From an uncultured Gemmatimonadaceae bacterium (GTDB taxonomy: Bacteria; Gemmatimonadota; Gemmatimonadetes; Gemmatimonadales; Gemmatimonadaceae), in NCBI GenBank assembly GCA_963781585.1, contig CAWAGQ010000008.1:224001-288000 (forward strand): DNA of 64,000 nt. Reading direction: 5' to 3'. Both the position numbers and the translations under genes were made by a program. The notes under the pieces were generated by a model that worked only from the letters and a program-made list of their open reading frames with translations, searched no databases and was not told where the DNA came from. Below are positions 1 through 10,800 of the stretch, piece after piece. The first letter of the stretch is position 1. Each line of letters opens with the position of its first letter.

Positions 1-2
1 AG

Positions 3-224
3 ATGGTGCCGCTGACCGTGATACCCGTTCCGGCCCACGCCGAAACGCGACTGGTACCCGGTGCCCGCCATGTGATGCTGATGTCGCTGCGCCAGAAGCT
101 CGCTGCCGGTGACTCCGCCACGCTATTCCTGTCGTTCGCGCGCGCCGGGTCCGTGGAAGCACGTGCCCACGTCGTGAAGTACTCGGACCTGGAAAAGGCG
201 CTGGCGCAGGATCGTTCCCGCTGA
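3..224 (+). CDS. Copper chaperone PCu(A)C family, C-terminal part (truncated at window edge)
   Basis: 'LVPGARHVMLMSLRQKLAAGDSATLFLSF' matches the PCuAC C-terminal PGxxHxML motif; abuts a CtaG-like gene. Confidence 0.8.
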   Translation: MVPLTVIPVPAHAETRLVPGARHVMLMSLRQKLAAGDSATLFLSFARAGSVEARAHVVKYSDLEKALAQDRSR

Positions 225-1024
225 TGCAATGGTGGTGCAGCGCGTCCAACCTGCCCTGGGCGTGGACCTGGCGGCCCTACCCCGGCGTCTGGCTGTTCAT
301 CGGGCTCGTCTTCTTCCTCGTCCGGTTGTGGAACAGGACCGCGGCAGGTCGATCCGGCCATCGCCCGCCACCAGTGCACCCTCTTTTCCTGCTCGGCCTG
401 CTGCTTCTCTGGAGCGCGCTCGACTGGCCGCTCGGCACGTTAGGCGCCGGCTATCTTGCCAGCGCGCACATGCTGCAGTTTCTGCTCATGTGTCTGGTCG
501 CGCCACCCCTGCTGCTGCGTGGCCCTTCTGGGGATGCACTCGCGATCCTGGACCGCGAAACCCGCTTCGCGAGGACATTCTGCCGCCTCACGGCGCCCGG
601 TCGCGCATTGATACTGTTCAACGCGGTGGTGCTGGTGACCCACCTGCCACCGGTCGTCGACACACTGATGCGGACCCAGCTCGGCTCGCTTGCCATCGAT
701 CTCATCTGGATCGCCGCCGGGCTGCTCTTCTGGTGGCCGGTGGTGCTGTCGTCGCCGGCCCACCCGAGGTTCTCCCCGCCGCTCAAGATCGGCTACCTGG
801 TCGTGGGCATGATGTTCAGCCCGATCATGTTCGGCCTGGTGGGCTTTCTCGTCTACAGCGACCATCCGCTCTACGGCATCTTCGAGCTCGCGCCTCCGTT
901 CCCAGGTATCAACTCACATGATGACCACCAGCTCGCCGGCGTCATGATGAGCGTCGGCGGCGCGGTGATCGCGTTCACCGCCATCAGCGTGATCTTCTTC
1001 AGGTGGAGCAAAGCCGAGGCCTAG
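224..1024 (+). CDS. ctaG: Cytochrome c oxidase (caa3-type) assembly factor CtaG family
   Basis: Multi-TM protein with 'SAHMLQFLL..LVAPPLLL', 'LLFWWPV' and 'DHQLAGVMM' motifs; stop/start overlap with the copper chaperone. Confidence 0.8.
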   Translation: MQWWCSASNLPWAWTWRPYPGVWLFIGLVFFLVRLWNRTAAGRSGHRPPPVHPLFLLGLLLLWSALDWPLGTLGAGYLASAHMLQFLLMCLVAPPLLLRGPSGDALAILDRETRFARTFCRLTAPGRALILFNAVVLVTHLPPVVDTLMRTQLGSLAIDLIWIAAGLLFWWPVVLSSPAHPRFSPPLKIGYLVVGMMFSPIMFGLVGFLVYSDHPLYGIFELAPPFPGINSHDDHQLAGVMMSVGGAVIAFTAISVIFFRWSKAEA

Positions 1025-1027
1025 CGG

Positions 1028-2653
1028 TCAACGCTCCCGCCCCGCTCTCCACTGCTCGAGCGCCTTCACCCGCGATTCGAGCGCGGCAATCCGGTCTCCG
1101 CCGGGCTGTACCGGCGCTGCCCGTGTGGCGCCCGAAGCGGCCCTCCCCACCCCACCCGGTCGCCGGCCTACTCCGCGTGTCGACACCTGGAGGAACGCGC
1201 GGCCGATCGGCCCCAGCCACACGAGGCGGAACAGGCGCTCACCGATCGGCATGCGGAACGGACCGCGCACCAGCAGAAGGAAACTGACGCCAAGCAGGCT
1301 CAGTCCCGACGCCGACATCACGAAGCGGCCTAACGACCCCCCTTCACCCGATTGCGGATCGCCGCTCCGGGTGATGCCGGCGCCGGTTCCCAGGGAAAAA
1401 CGCACGTTCAGCGATGTTCCGACGAGTACGATCGCCACCGGGAGCAGCAGCACCGCGATCAGGACCGTTCGCCGCCGGCGGCGTCTGGTGTCGGGATCGG
1501 CGCGAAGCTGCTGCCGCAGATTCTCGCGTTCGTCGACCACGGCCCGCAGCCCGCTCGACACATCGCCGGGCTGAAATCCCAGCACCGCCAGCCGACGGGC
1601 GGCGGACGACACCAGCAGCGCCCGCGTCAGCGCTATGACGATCAGGATGATCGCCGGAAGCAGCGCGTACGCCGTTCCGACTTCCTTGCGCATCGTCCGG
1701 ACCGTGAGCCAGCTGGTCAGCGTCAGAAACACGAGCACCAGACCGAGCGTCCCCGCTTCCTGCGCGAACATCCGGATCGGAACCGGGATCTCGGCTCCGG
1801 CCAGCTGGGCGACATCGATTGCTTCGACCAGCGCTTCCGCCGACGCAAATCGATCCTCCGGTTTCTTCGCCACGCAGCGGTCGATCGCGTCGCCTAACGC
1901 TGCCGGGATGTCTCCCCGCAGCTCCACCGCCCGCGGCGGCATCTCGGTCAGCTGCTTGACCAGAATCTGCTGGGTGGTCTCCCCGGTGATCTGCGGCCGC
2001 CCCGTCAGCGCGTAGAGCGCCACCAGCCCGAGCGAATACAGATCGCTCCGCCCATCGACCGAATCGCCCGACGCCTGCTCGGGGCTCATGTACTCCGGCG
2101 TGCCCACCACCTCACCGACCCGCGTCATGCCCTGCGTGCCCACCGCCGCCGTGATCGGCCTCGAGATCCCGAAATCCATCAGCTGCGCACGGCCCGTGGC
2201 GCGCTCGAGCATCACGTTGTCGGGCTTGATGTCGCGATGGACGACCCCGCGTCCATGAGCGTACGCCAGGGCATACCCGATGTCCTGCAGCAGCCGAACG
2301 ATGCCGCGCGCGTCGAGCGGTCCCGCGCGATGGACCCGCTGCGCCAGGCTCTCCCCCTCGACATACCCCATCGCGAACGCCAGCAACCCGTCGCGCTCCT
2401 CCACCGCGTGCACGGGAACGATGTTGGGATGCGAGAACGACGCCGCCGTCCGCGTCTCGCGCAGGAAGCGCTCGCGAAGAGTGGCATCGCCCGCGAACTC
2501 GGGCGGAAGCACTTTCAGTGCGACCGGCCGATCCAGCCGCAGATCGCGCGCGAGATATACCGCGCCCATGCCACCGCGACCGAGCTCGCGCTCGATCGCG
2601 TAGCGGTCGCCAAGTCGCCTGCGAATCTCGTCGAGGGAGGTCTGGTCGGTCAC
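1028..2653 (-). CDS. Hanks-type Ser/Thr protein kinase with C-terminal transmembrane helices
   Basis: GRGGMGAV, VALK, HRDIKPDN, DFG and GTPEYMSPE motifs; hydrophobic C-terminal segments; GTG start at 2653 chosen because the upstream ORF extension is low-complexity. Confidence 0.92.
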   Translation of the reverse strand: MTDQTSLDEIRRRLGDRYAIERELGRGGMGAVYLARDLRLDRPVALKVLPPEFAGDATLRERFLRETRTAASFSHPNIVPVHAVEERDGLLAFAMGYVEGESLAQRVHRAGPLDARGIVRLLQDIGYALAYAHGRGVVHRDIKPDNVMLERATGRAQLMDFGISRPITAAVGTQGMTRVGEVVGTPEYMSPEQASGDSVDGRSDLYSLGLVALYALTGRPQITGETTQQILVKQLTEMPPRAVELRGDIPAALGDAIDRCVAKKPEDRFASAEALVEAIDVAQLAGAEIPVPIRMFAQEAGTLGLVLVFLTLTSWLTVRTMRKEVGTAYALLPAIILIVIALTRALLVSSAARRLAVLGFQPGDVSSGLRAVVDERENLRQQLRADPDTRRRRRRTVLIAVLLLPVAIVLVGTSLNVRFSLGTGAGITRSGDPQSGEGGSLGRFVMSASGLSLLGVSFLLLVRGPFRMPIGERLFRLVWLGPIGRAFLQVSTRGVGRRPGGVGRAASGATRAAPVQPGGDRIAALESRVKALEQWRAGRER

Positions 2654-2879
2654 CGGGCTGGGGTCTGCTCGCGGCGAAGATGCGCCCGGCGGCGAGCTTT
2701 CGCTATGTTTCCGCGCCCCCCGGGTCAGGAAGCGTCTGTGGCTGGACGACTCTCTGGCCCGGGAGCACCTCGGCGTACTGCTCCACTGAGCGCGTACGAT
2801 TCCAGGGGTTCGGGGATTCCCGCTCGTCATCGAGCGAACCCGACATGCACACGTTACCCAAGCACGGTGAGGTGCCACA

Positions 2880-3407
2880 ATGGCACGGATTGAGCCGCTC
2901 CCCTGCAAGAGCGCGCCACCTGAAGCACGCGCGGCCTGCGACGAGCACGAGCAACGCTACGGGCGCATGACGAACATGAAGCGCACCCTGCTCCACTCAC
3001 TCCCCGCGTTCCATGCGCTCATGGCGTGGTATCCGCTCCGGGACACCGTGCGACCGTTCCTCGGCGAACGGGCCACGACCATTTTCGCGTACGCCATCTC
3101 CGCCGAGGTGGATTGCCTCATCTGCTCCACCTTCTTCCGCAGAATTCTCATCGATGCCGGAGAAGACCCCGACAGGTTGACGCTCGACGATCGCGAGGAG
3201 TTGCTCGTCGCCTTCGGTCGCCAGATGGCGAAGAACGCCAAGGAAGTGTCGGACGACCTCTACGCTCGGCTGGCTTCGGTATTTTCGCCACAGGAGATCG
3301 TGGCCCTCACCGCCTTCGGGTGCATCATGCTCGCGACGAATCTGTTCAACGACGCACTGCGCGTCGATCTCGACGGTTACCTGGAGCCATACCGCCGTAC
3401 TGCCTGA
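2880..3407 (+). CDS. Carboxymuconolactone decarboxylase/AhpD-like protein
   Basis: 'AISAEVDCLICS' CxxC, 'VSDDLYARL..FSPQEIVALT' and 'NLFNDAL' are typical of CMD/AhpD-like proteins. Confidence 0.65.
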   Translation: MARIEPLPCKSAPPEARAACDEHEQRYGRMTNMKRTLLHSLPAFHALMAWYPLRDTVRPFLGERATTIFAYAISAEVDCLICSTFFRRILIDAGEDPDRLTLDDREELLVAFGRQMAKNAKEVSDDLYARLASVFSPQEIVALTAFGCIMLATNLFNDALRVDLDGYLEPYRRTA

Positions 3408-3464
3408 CGCGTACCCGGAAGGGGAACGCTCACCCCGGGGAAGGGGACGCGGCCCCTGGCATGT

Positions 3465-3526
3465 GCTGACCGCTGGAAGCGGATGACTGCCCGCTTTACT
3501 TGACAGCTGAGCACTGACGGCTGCGA
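3465..3526 (+). repeat. Degenerate heptamer tandem repeat (GCTGAYN-like), intergenic
   Basis: gctgacc gctggaa gcggatg actgccc gcttta cttgaca gctgagc actgacg gctgcga. Confidence 0.55.
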
Positions 3527-3578
3527 TTCACGCCACGCTCTTCCGCATTGCAAGAATCGGATCTCGAGGACCACCACG

Positions 3579-4382
3579 ATGGGAGAATTTACCGGGCGAG
3601 TGGCGTTCATCACCGGCGCGGCCCACGGACAGGGTCGCGCCACGGCGCTCGCGCTCGCCGCCGCGGGCGCGCAGATCGCCGCCTTCGATATCGCGCGGCC
3701 GCTGGCGTACCCCGGGTATCCGCTCGCCTCGCCCGACGATCTGGCCTCCCTCGCAAGTGCGTGCGCGGAGCTGGGCTCCACGTGTCTGGCCTTCCCCGGC
3801 GACGTGCGGGACGACGTCGCGATCACCGCCGCGGTCTCGGCCACCGTCGATCGCCTGGGGCGCATCGACGTGCTGTTCAACAACGCCGGAATCTGCGCCT
3901 ACGGTCTCGCCCACGAGCTCACTGAAGAGGCGTGGGATAGTATGATCGATATCAATCTCAAGGGGAGCTGGCTGGTTGCGCGGCGCGTCGTTCCAGTGAT
4001 GATCGCCCAGCGTACGGGCGTGATCATCAACAACGCGTCGATCGCCAGCTTCCGCGGCATGAACCGGCTGAGCCACTACGCCGCCTCGAAGTGGGGGCTC
4101 ACCGGCCTCACCAAGTCGTGGGCCATCGAGCTCGCGCCGTACAATATCCGCGTCAACTCGGTGCACCCCACCGGTGTGAACACGCCGATGAACGATGGGC
4201 TCGCGATGCTCGAGGGAACCACGCCGCGCGAAGTCGCCGAACGATCGGCTGGCAACCTGTTGCCCGTACCGTGGATCGAACCGGAAGACGTGGCGCAGGC
4301 CGTGCTCTTTCTCGCATCCGACCGCGCCCGCTATGTCACCGGCGCGCAGTTCGTCATCGACGCGGGTCTCCTGACCCGTTGA
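3579..4382 (+). CDS. SDR oxidoreductase, mycofactocin-coupled (TIGR03971-like) subfamily
   Basis: TGAAHGQG, the 'DIARPLAYPGYPLASPDDL' insertion, NNAG, YAASK and 'VHPTGVNTPM'. Confidence 0.8.
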   Translation: MGEFTGRVAFITGAAHGQGRATALALAAAGAQIAAFDIARPLAYPGYPLASPDDLASLASACAELGSTCLAFPGDVRDDVAITAAVSATVDRLGRIDVLFNNAGICAYGLAHELTEEAWDSMIDINLKGSWLVARRVVPVMIAQRTGVIINNASIASFRGMNRLSHYAASKWGLTGLTKSWAIELAPYNIRVNSVHPTGVNTPMNDGLAMLEGTTPREVAERSAGNLLPVPWIEPEDVAQAVLFLASDRARYVTGAQFVIDAGLLTR

Positions 4383-5130
4383 TCGCGCTCCTGATCACCT
4401 CCTCCGCGTAGTCGATCCCGCGCGGCGTGCGCGATCCGTGCCAGGAGAGCAGTTCACCGTCTACGATATGGAACCGCTCGCGCGGCAGGCCCGTCAGTGG
4501 GGCCAGCTCCTCACGGTTTCGCTCCGCGAAGGGAAAAGGCTCCGTGGACAGGAGCACCAGATCCGGTTCGACCGACGCGATCTCCGACGCCTCCACCGTC
4601 GGATAGCGCTCATCGCGAGACCCGAACGCGTTCACGCCGCCGGCCAGTTCGAGCAGCGCGCTGACGAAGGTGTCGGAACTCACCGACATCCAGGGCTTTC
4701 GCCAGATGAGATAGACGAATCGCACCGGTGGCCGGCTGGTCGCCGCCGCTCGCACACGTTGCGCTCGCGTCTCGATGTCACGGGCGATCACCTCGCCCGC
4801 GTCCGGGCGATCCACCGCCGCGGCGATCGATCGCACCATCGCTGCCGTCTCATCCGGCGTGCGCGGCAGGGAGGAGTGCACGCCAATTCCGGCCCGCTCC
4901 AGCACCCGCGCATCCTCGACCCGGTTTTCCTCGGCGTTCATGAACACCAGATCGGGTGCCAGCTCGATGATGCGTTCGATTTTTGGATTCTTCGTTCCGC
5001 CCACCTTCTCAACCTGAGCGACCAGATCAGCCGGATGCACGCAGAACTTCGTGCGGCCCACCAGCTGATCGCCGACGCCCAGGTCGAACAGGAGCTCAGT
5101 CAGGGAAGGACAGAGGGAGACGAGGCGCAT
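4354..5130 (-). CDS. Helical-backbone (BtuF/cobalamin-Fe siderophore-type) ligand-binding protein
   Basis: 'RLVSLCPSLTELL', 'VGRTKFCVHP', 'VGGTKNP', 'EEN' and 'VDGELLSWHGSR'. Confidence 0.85.
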   Translation of the reverse strand: MRLVSLCPSLTELLFDLGVGDQLVGRTKFCVHPADLVAQVEKVGGTKNPKIERIIELAPDLVFMNAEENRVEDARVLERAGIGVHSSLPRTPDETAAMVRSIAAAVDRPDAGEVIARDIETRAQRVRAAATSRPPVRFVYLIWRKPWMSVSSDTFVSALLELAGGVNAFGSRDERYPTVEASEIASVEPDLVLLSTEPFPFAERNREELAPLTGLPRERFHIVDGELLSWHGSRTPRGIDYAEEVIRSAINGSGDPRR

Positions 5131-5168
5131 CAGGGAGGGGGAGCAAGCGCGTGAGCAAGCGACACGAA

Positions 5169-5750
5169 CTACTTCAACTTGAGCCGATCCAACTCCGCAT
5201 TCACCACATCAGGATTGAACCGCACCCGTGGATGACGACGCTCTGCGACGCCATCCAGGTCCGCCAGTTCTCCCTGGACGGCCGGCCCGCCACCCGAACC
5301 TCCGCCGCTGCGCCACTCCTCGTACGCCCAGGGCCCTCCCACATCAACCGGCGGCGTGCTTCCCTCACCACTCACACAGAGTGGTGTGCGCGCCGCATCG
5401 TCCGGCGGAAGCACTCGCTCCACGCGCACCATCAGGTGCCACGCATGACCGTTCCCATACTCGAACTCGAGTTCGGATCCTGCGTCCGGCAGGAGCTGGC
5501 GTAGCCGTACCTCAACGCCCAGGTCGCGCCATTCTCCACGAGCCCCCTTCCCCTCATACCGCAGCGCCCCAACCGTGAACGCGTACGGGCGCCCGGCGGT
5601 CCACCCCATTGCCACGGCAAACACCCGCGCGACACGCTCGAGCGTGGCTCCCGACGACACCCGTAGACGCCGCCAAACCGTCGGCTCCACGTCGCTTAGC
5701 CTGATCGTCAGTTCGTGAATTCGCGGGGGCGATCGCTTGGATGCGCGCAT
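5169..5750 (-). CDS. Plasmid pRiA4b ORF-3 family protein
   Basis: 'VEPTVWRRLRV', 'AMGW', 'FEYGNGHAWH' and 'PLCVSGEGSTPPVDVGGPWAY'. Confidence 0.8.
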   Translation of the reverse strand: MRASKRSPPRIHELTIRLSDVEPTVWRRLRVSSGATLERVARVFAVAMGWTAGRPYAFTVGALRYEGKGARGEWRDLGVEVRLRQLLPDAGSELEFEYGNGHAWHLMVRVERVLPPDDAARTPLCVSGEGSTPPVDVGGPWAYEEWRSGGGSGGGPAVQGELADLDGVAERRHPRVRFNPDVVNAELDRLKLK

Positions 5751-5919
5751 GCTGACTCCGATCCGTGGAGTGTCGTGGCACACCGCCTTGCCGAGGGCCG
5801 CGCGGCCGATGCCGTCCCGGAGCAACGCCGGCTCTGAGGCATCGCGACCTGCCTGGCCATCGCACAGAACGCTCCAACACCTTTCCTGCACATTACTGAT
5901 AACGTACCCTCTGCATACG

Positions 5920-7698
5920 ATGTCTTCACGTCCGATCCGACTTGACCTCCTGGCGGTAGTGGGGATCGCGGCGGTCGCGCCTCGCGCCGCGCTCCCGGCC
6001 CAGGTGCTCGATGTCCGGCCGGTCGCGCCTCCGGCGACTGCCCCATCCCTGGGGGCCCTCCAGAATGCCCAACAGGACTTCGAGTTCTATCGACGCCAGC
6101 ATCTCCCGTCGTGGCGGAGTTGGCGCTCGCCCCAGAACGCCTGTGACGTCCGGATCGGTCGATTCTGTTACTGGTACGATGAAACCGAACCGCCCCCGCC
6201 GCCCGAACCTCGCACCATCAGCGACGCACGCACGCGGTTGATTCTCCGCCTCGACTCGGCGGGACGTGCCTTCCCGAATGACCGGTGGATATCGGGGCAG
6301 CTGGTTCGCTATTTGACCGAGTCGGGGCGATTCGACGACGCCGTGGCCGCGGCCCGCGCGTGCACGCTGCGGGAATGGTGGTGCACCGCCTTGCAGGGTT
6401 TCGCATTGCATGTCGCGGGGCGCTATGCCGCCGCTGACAGCGCCTTCACGGTCGCGACGGCCCTCATGGGACCACGCGAGAGTTGCGACTTTCGCGACAT
6501 GAAACTTCTGCTCGACGACGCCATGCTGCGGCAGTATGGCGATTCGTCGTGCACTTCCCGCCTCGCACTGGAGCGTCGCCTCTGGTGGCTGGCCAGACCG
6601 ATGCTGTCGTCGCCGGGGAACGACGCCCGCACGGAATACTACGCGCGCGAAATGATGGCGTTCTTTGTTGCCGACGCTCCGTCGACGTACCAGTCGGACT
6701 ACGCCGGCGACGAGCGGGAAATGCTCCTGCGCTACGGCTGGCCCACCGCCTGGAGCCGACGCGGTGAGTCGGGCGGCGCCTGGGGACCGATGCAGGTGTC
6801 GGTCGTCGGGCACGAACCCATGCCGGCGCATCCATACATCCCGGCGGAACGGGTGCTCGACAATCCGGCAGCGAGCGACTCTGCGGAATGGCGCAGCAAG
6901 GGCATTCCGCCGGTGCCTGCGCGCTACGCGCCGGCGTACGCCAAACGTCTTCTGCCCCTCGCACATCAGGAGGCCCTTTTCAGACGTGGGGACTCGGCGC
7001 TGGTGGTCGTGGCGTGGTCCGTTGCCGCAGACTCGGCGCTCTCCGCGGCGGCCCGGACGCCAGGTCAGTTGAGTGCCGCCCTCGTCCTGACCAAGGGCGA
7101 CCCGGCCGACGCGACCATCGTGCACGCGGAGCATCCCGCCGATCGCGGCGTGCTCACCGCAACGGCCGCGTGGGGATCCATGCTGATGAGCACCGAGGTT
7201 GCCGCCCCCGCGCGAAAGACGCTGGCGCGCGCGCGCTACGGCGTGCGCGGCAGTGACCAGCCCAATTCGCGGGTGCAGATCTCCGACCTGCTCCTGTTCG
7301 ATCCGTACGACGGGATGCCGAATCGTCTCGAGGACGCGCTGCCTCACATGCTCGCGTCACGTCGGATCCCCCGTGGCGGCCGCGTGGGAGTCTACTGGGA
7401 GGCCTATAACACCAGCCCCGCGGGTGAACAGATCGCCGTGTCCATCACCGTTGCGCCCCAGGACGCATCCGGAGGATGGCTCCGGCGTGGACTCATCGCC
7501 CTGCGCCTCGTCCGCGAGGCGAAGCCGGTGACCGTTGGTATTCAGGACGTGTCGGCCAGAGGGACCTCCCTGTCGCCACGATCGGTCGTCGTGGACCTCT
7601 CGACGCTGGGGCCCGGTGTCTACCTGATGGAGCTCGAGTTGGATGCGGGTGCTGGGAATGTCGTCCGGGCGGAAAAGGTGATCACGGTGGAGAGGTAA
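5920..7698 (+). CDS. Secreted hypothetical protein with a degenerate GWxTD-like domain
   Basis: N-terminal signal-like segment; 'LWWLARPMLSSPGNDARTEYYAR' and 'DEREMLLRYGWP' resemble GWxTD-domain motifs; Ig-like C-terminus 'LGPGVYLMELEL'. Confidence 0.55.
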   Translation: MSSRPIRLDLLAVVGIAAVAPRAALPAQVLDVRPVAPPATAPSLGALQNAQQDFEFYRRQHLPSWRSWRSPQNACDVRIGRFCYWYDETEPPPPPEPRTISDARTRLILRLDSAGRAFPNDRWISGQLVRYLTESGRFDDAVAAARACTLREWWCTALQGFALHVAGRYAAADSAFTVATALMGPRESCDFRDMKLLLDDAMLRQYGDSSCTSRLALERRLWWLARPMLSSPGNDARTEYYAREMMAFFVADAPSTYQSDYAGDEREMLLRYGWPTAWSRRGESGGAWGPMQVSVVGHEPMPAHPYIPAERVLDNPAASDSAEWRSKGIPPVPARYAPAYAKRLLPLAHQEALFRRGDSALVVVAWSVAADSALSAAARTPGQLSAALVLTKGDPADATIVHAEHPADRGVLTATAAWGSMLMSTEVAAPARKTLARARYGVRGSDQPNSRVQISDLLLFDPYDGMPNRLEDALPHMLASRRIPRGGRVGVYWEAYNTSPAGEQIAVSITVAPQDASGGWLRRGLIALRLVREAKPVTVGIQDVSARGTSLSPRSVVVDLSTLGPGVYLMELELDAGAGNVVRAEKVITVER

Positions 7699-7856
7699 GG
7701 GACTCGGTCACCGAAGCCGATGTCCGGCGCGAGCGACTCGGATGCGCCCCGCGAGCGCACCGACCAGCAAACCGCTATGCTTTACGCGCTCGCATCTCCC
7801 TGTTCGTTGAGCTCGCGTGTTGATCCTGGTCCTCGCCCCTTCCCCATTTCTCCACC

Positions 7857-10800
7857 ATGCCGCGCTCGCCATTGCTCCGATCCATCGCCATCGCTGCACT
7901 CGTGACCCCCACGGTCTCGCCCGTGTTCGCACAGAATGCCGTGATGCCATTCCAGTTCGACTCCACGACCATTGCCTCGTTCCGATGGCGCAACGTCGGG
8001 CCGGCGAACACGCTCGGGCGTATCTCCGACGTGACCGGGATTCCCTCTCCCTCCAAGACGTTTTTCGCCGCGGCTGCGGGAGGAGGGATCTGGAAGTCGA
8101 CCAACAACGGCGTGACCTGGCGTCCGGTCTTCGATACCCAGCGCGTGGTGGCGATGGGCATGCTCGCGATCGCACCGAGTGACACCATGCAGGTGTGGGC
8201 CGGCACCGGCGAGCCGAACTCCCGGAACACGATCTCACCTGGAGGCGGTGTCTACAAGTCGATCGACGGCGGCATCACCTGGAAGCTGATGGGGCTCGAG
8301 CGGACCCAGGCCATCGGTCGCATTGTGGTCCATCCCACCAACCCGGATATCGTCTACGTCGCCGCGTTAGGCGCGCCGTGGAACGCCAGTCCCGAGCGCG
8401 GGCTCTACAAGACCACGGACGGCGGGCAGACGTGGCAGCTGGTGAAGTTCATTTCCGACAAGGCCGGAGTGGTGGATGTCGCGCTCGACCCGGCCAATCC
8501 CGATGTGGTCTGGGCCGCCAGCTGGCAACGGGTGCGTGGCCCGTACTTCCTGAATTCCGGCGGACCGGGCTCGGCACTGTGGAAGTCGGCCGATGCCGGC
8601 AGGACCTGGACCGAGGTCAAGGGCGGCGGCTTCCCCGAAACCACCAAAGGGCGCATCTCCATCGCCATTGCGCTCTCGAATCCGAAGACCATGTACACCA
8701 TGGTCGAAGCCGATACGGCGCCTAACGCCAAGCCGGCACCCGGGAAGCCGCGACAGGAGTCGCCCAGTGGGCTGTACCGTTCCGACGACGGCGGCGCCAC
8801 CTGGAACCGCACCAGCAACCAGAATACGCGGCCGTTCTACTACTCACAGGCGCGTGTCCACCCGAAGAACCCCGATCGTGTGTACTGGTCGTCCACTCCG
8901 GTGCTTGTCTCGAACGACGGCGGACGCACCCCGATCAATGCGACGGTCGGCATCCACGTCGATCACCACGCGATGTGGATCGATCCCATCGATCCCGACC
9001 GCATGATCGTTGGCGACGACGGAGGCGTCGCCATCTCGTTCGACCAGGGCGGAACGTATGTCTTCCCCAACGTCTTCCCCATCGGGCAGCTCTATAACAT
9101 CAGCTTCGACATGCAGGTGCCGTACCGCGTCTGCGGGGGCCTCCAGGACAACGGATCGTGGTGCGGGCCCAGCCGGCGCCGGCAGGGCCCCATCACCAAC
9201 AGCATGTGGTTCAACGTCGGCGGTGGAGATGGGTTCGTTACCCAGCAGGACCCCAACGACCCCAACACCATCTACAGCGAATCACAGGGGGGATCGGTGG
9301 GGCGCCTGAACTACGCGACCGGAGAACGGGTCAGCCTCGTGAAGCCGCAGTGGCGCCCTGCGTACGACGTGTGGGAGGATTCCCTCCTCGTCGACTTCCC
9401 GGATACCACCAGGCCGGCGACCAGGGCGCAGAAGAAGCAGGTGGCCGATATCCGCGCCCGTCAGCGCGCCGATTCCACCGCCCTCGACCTGCGCTGGAAC
9501 TGGAATTCGCCCTATTTCATTTCCCCGCACAACCCGCAGACGCTGTACTTCGGCGCGAATCGGGTACTCAAATCCACGAAGCGGGGCGATGACATGTTTC
9601 CGATCTCGCCCGATCTCACCACCGCGGACACCATGAAGATCCGCGTCTCGATGAGAACCACCGGCGGCATCACCAACGACGCCACCGGCGCCGAGACCTA
9701 TTGCACGATCGTCTCGCTCAACGAGTCGCCGATCCGGCCGGGGATCTTGTTCGCCGGCACCGACGACGGCCGCGTCTGGATCAGCCGCAACGACGGTGGC
9801 GCATGGGAAGAACTCACCGGGCGCTTCCCGGGAGTCCCGGCCGGCACCTACGTCACGCGCATCGAGCCGTCACCGCACGATTCGATGACCTTCTTCGTCA
9901 CCTTCGACAACCACCGGAACGGCGACTTTACACCCTACGCATACCTGACGACGGACTTCGGCAGGACCTTCAGGTCGATCGTCGCAAACCTGCCCAGAGG
10001 GGGGCCGGATTACGTCCACGTCATCCGACAGGACCTCGTCAACAGGAACCTCCTCTTCCTCGGCACCGATGTCGGCGCATATGTCTCGGCAAACCTGGGA
10101 CAGACGTGGCAGCGATTCATGACCGGACTGCCCACTGTGCCGGTACACGATCTCCGCATTCACCCGCGCGATCACGAGTTGATCGCGGCAACTCACGGTC
10201 GTGGAATCTGGATCGTCGACATCTCGGCGCTCGAGCAGGTCACCCCCCAGGTCATGACCCAGGATGTCCATCTGTTCGAAGCACTCACCTCGTACGAGTT
10301 CGGCGATGTGCCCGTGGAGGGACAGTCCACCGGGAACATGGTCTTCGAGGGAACGAGCTCGCCCTACGGCGTTGTCATCGCGTATCGACTGGCTGCGCGC
10401 CAGTCACCAGTCCGCGTGGCGATCATCGACGCCGCCGGCGACACGATGCAGGTGCTCAACGGACCGGGGGCGCCCGGAATCAACCGCGTCGCGTGGGGGT
10501 TCCAGGGCAAGCCACCAAAGCGTCCGCCGCTGTCCATAGCGCAACACCGTGACTCAGTCGCACAGATGGAGCGGATCGTGTTTGTGCTCGATTCCCTCGA
10601 GAAGGCTGGCATGAACACGATGATGCTCGGGATGATGCGGCAACTGGCGAAGACCGGCGACCTCACGCCGATGTTCGAAATGTTCGGCGGGGGCGGACGC
10701 GCAGCGGGACCGGGGGGCTTCGGACCGCCACCGCCATGGAACCCAAGGCCGGCAGAGCAGGCAGGCCGTGGGGGTGGTCGCGGCGGCGCCGCAGGCGGCG

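Noticed and set aside
5169..5750. pRiA4b ORF-3 gene as evidence of an integrated plasmid
   Set aside because: The family is commonly chromosomal, and there are no mobility genes or boundary repeats nearby.
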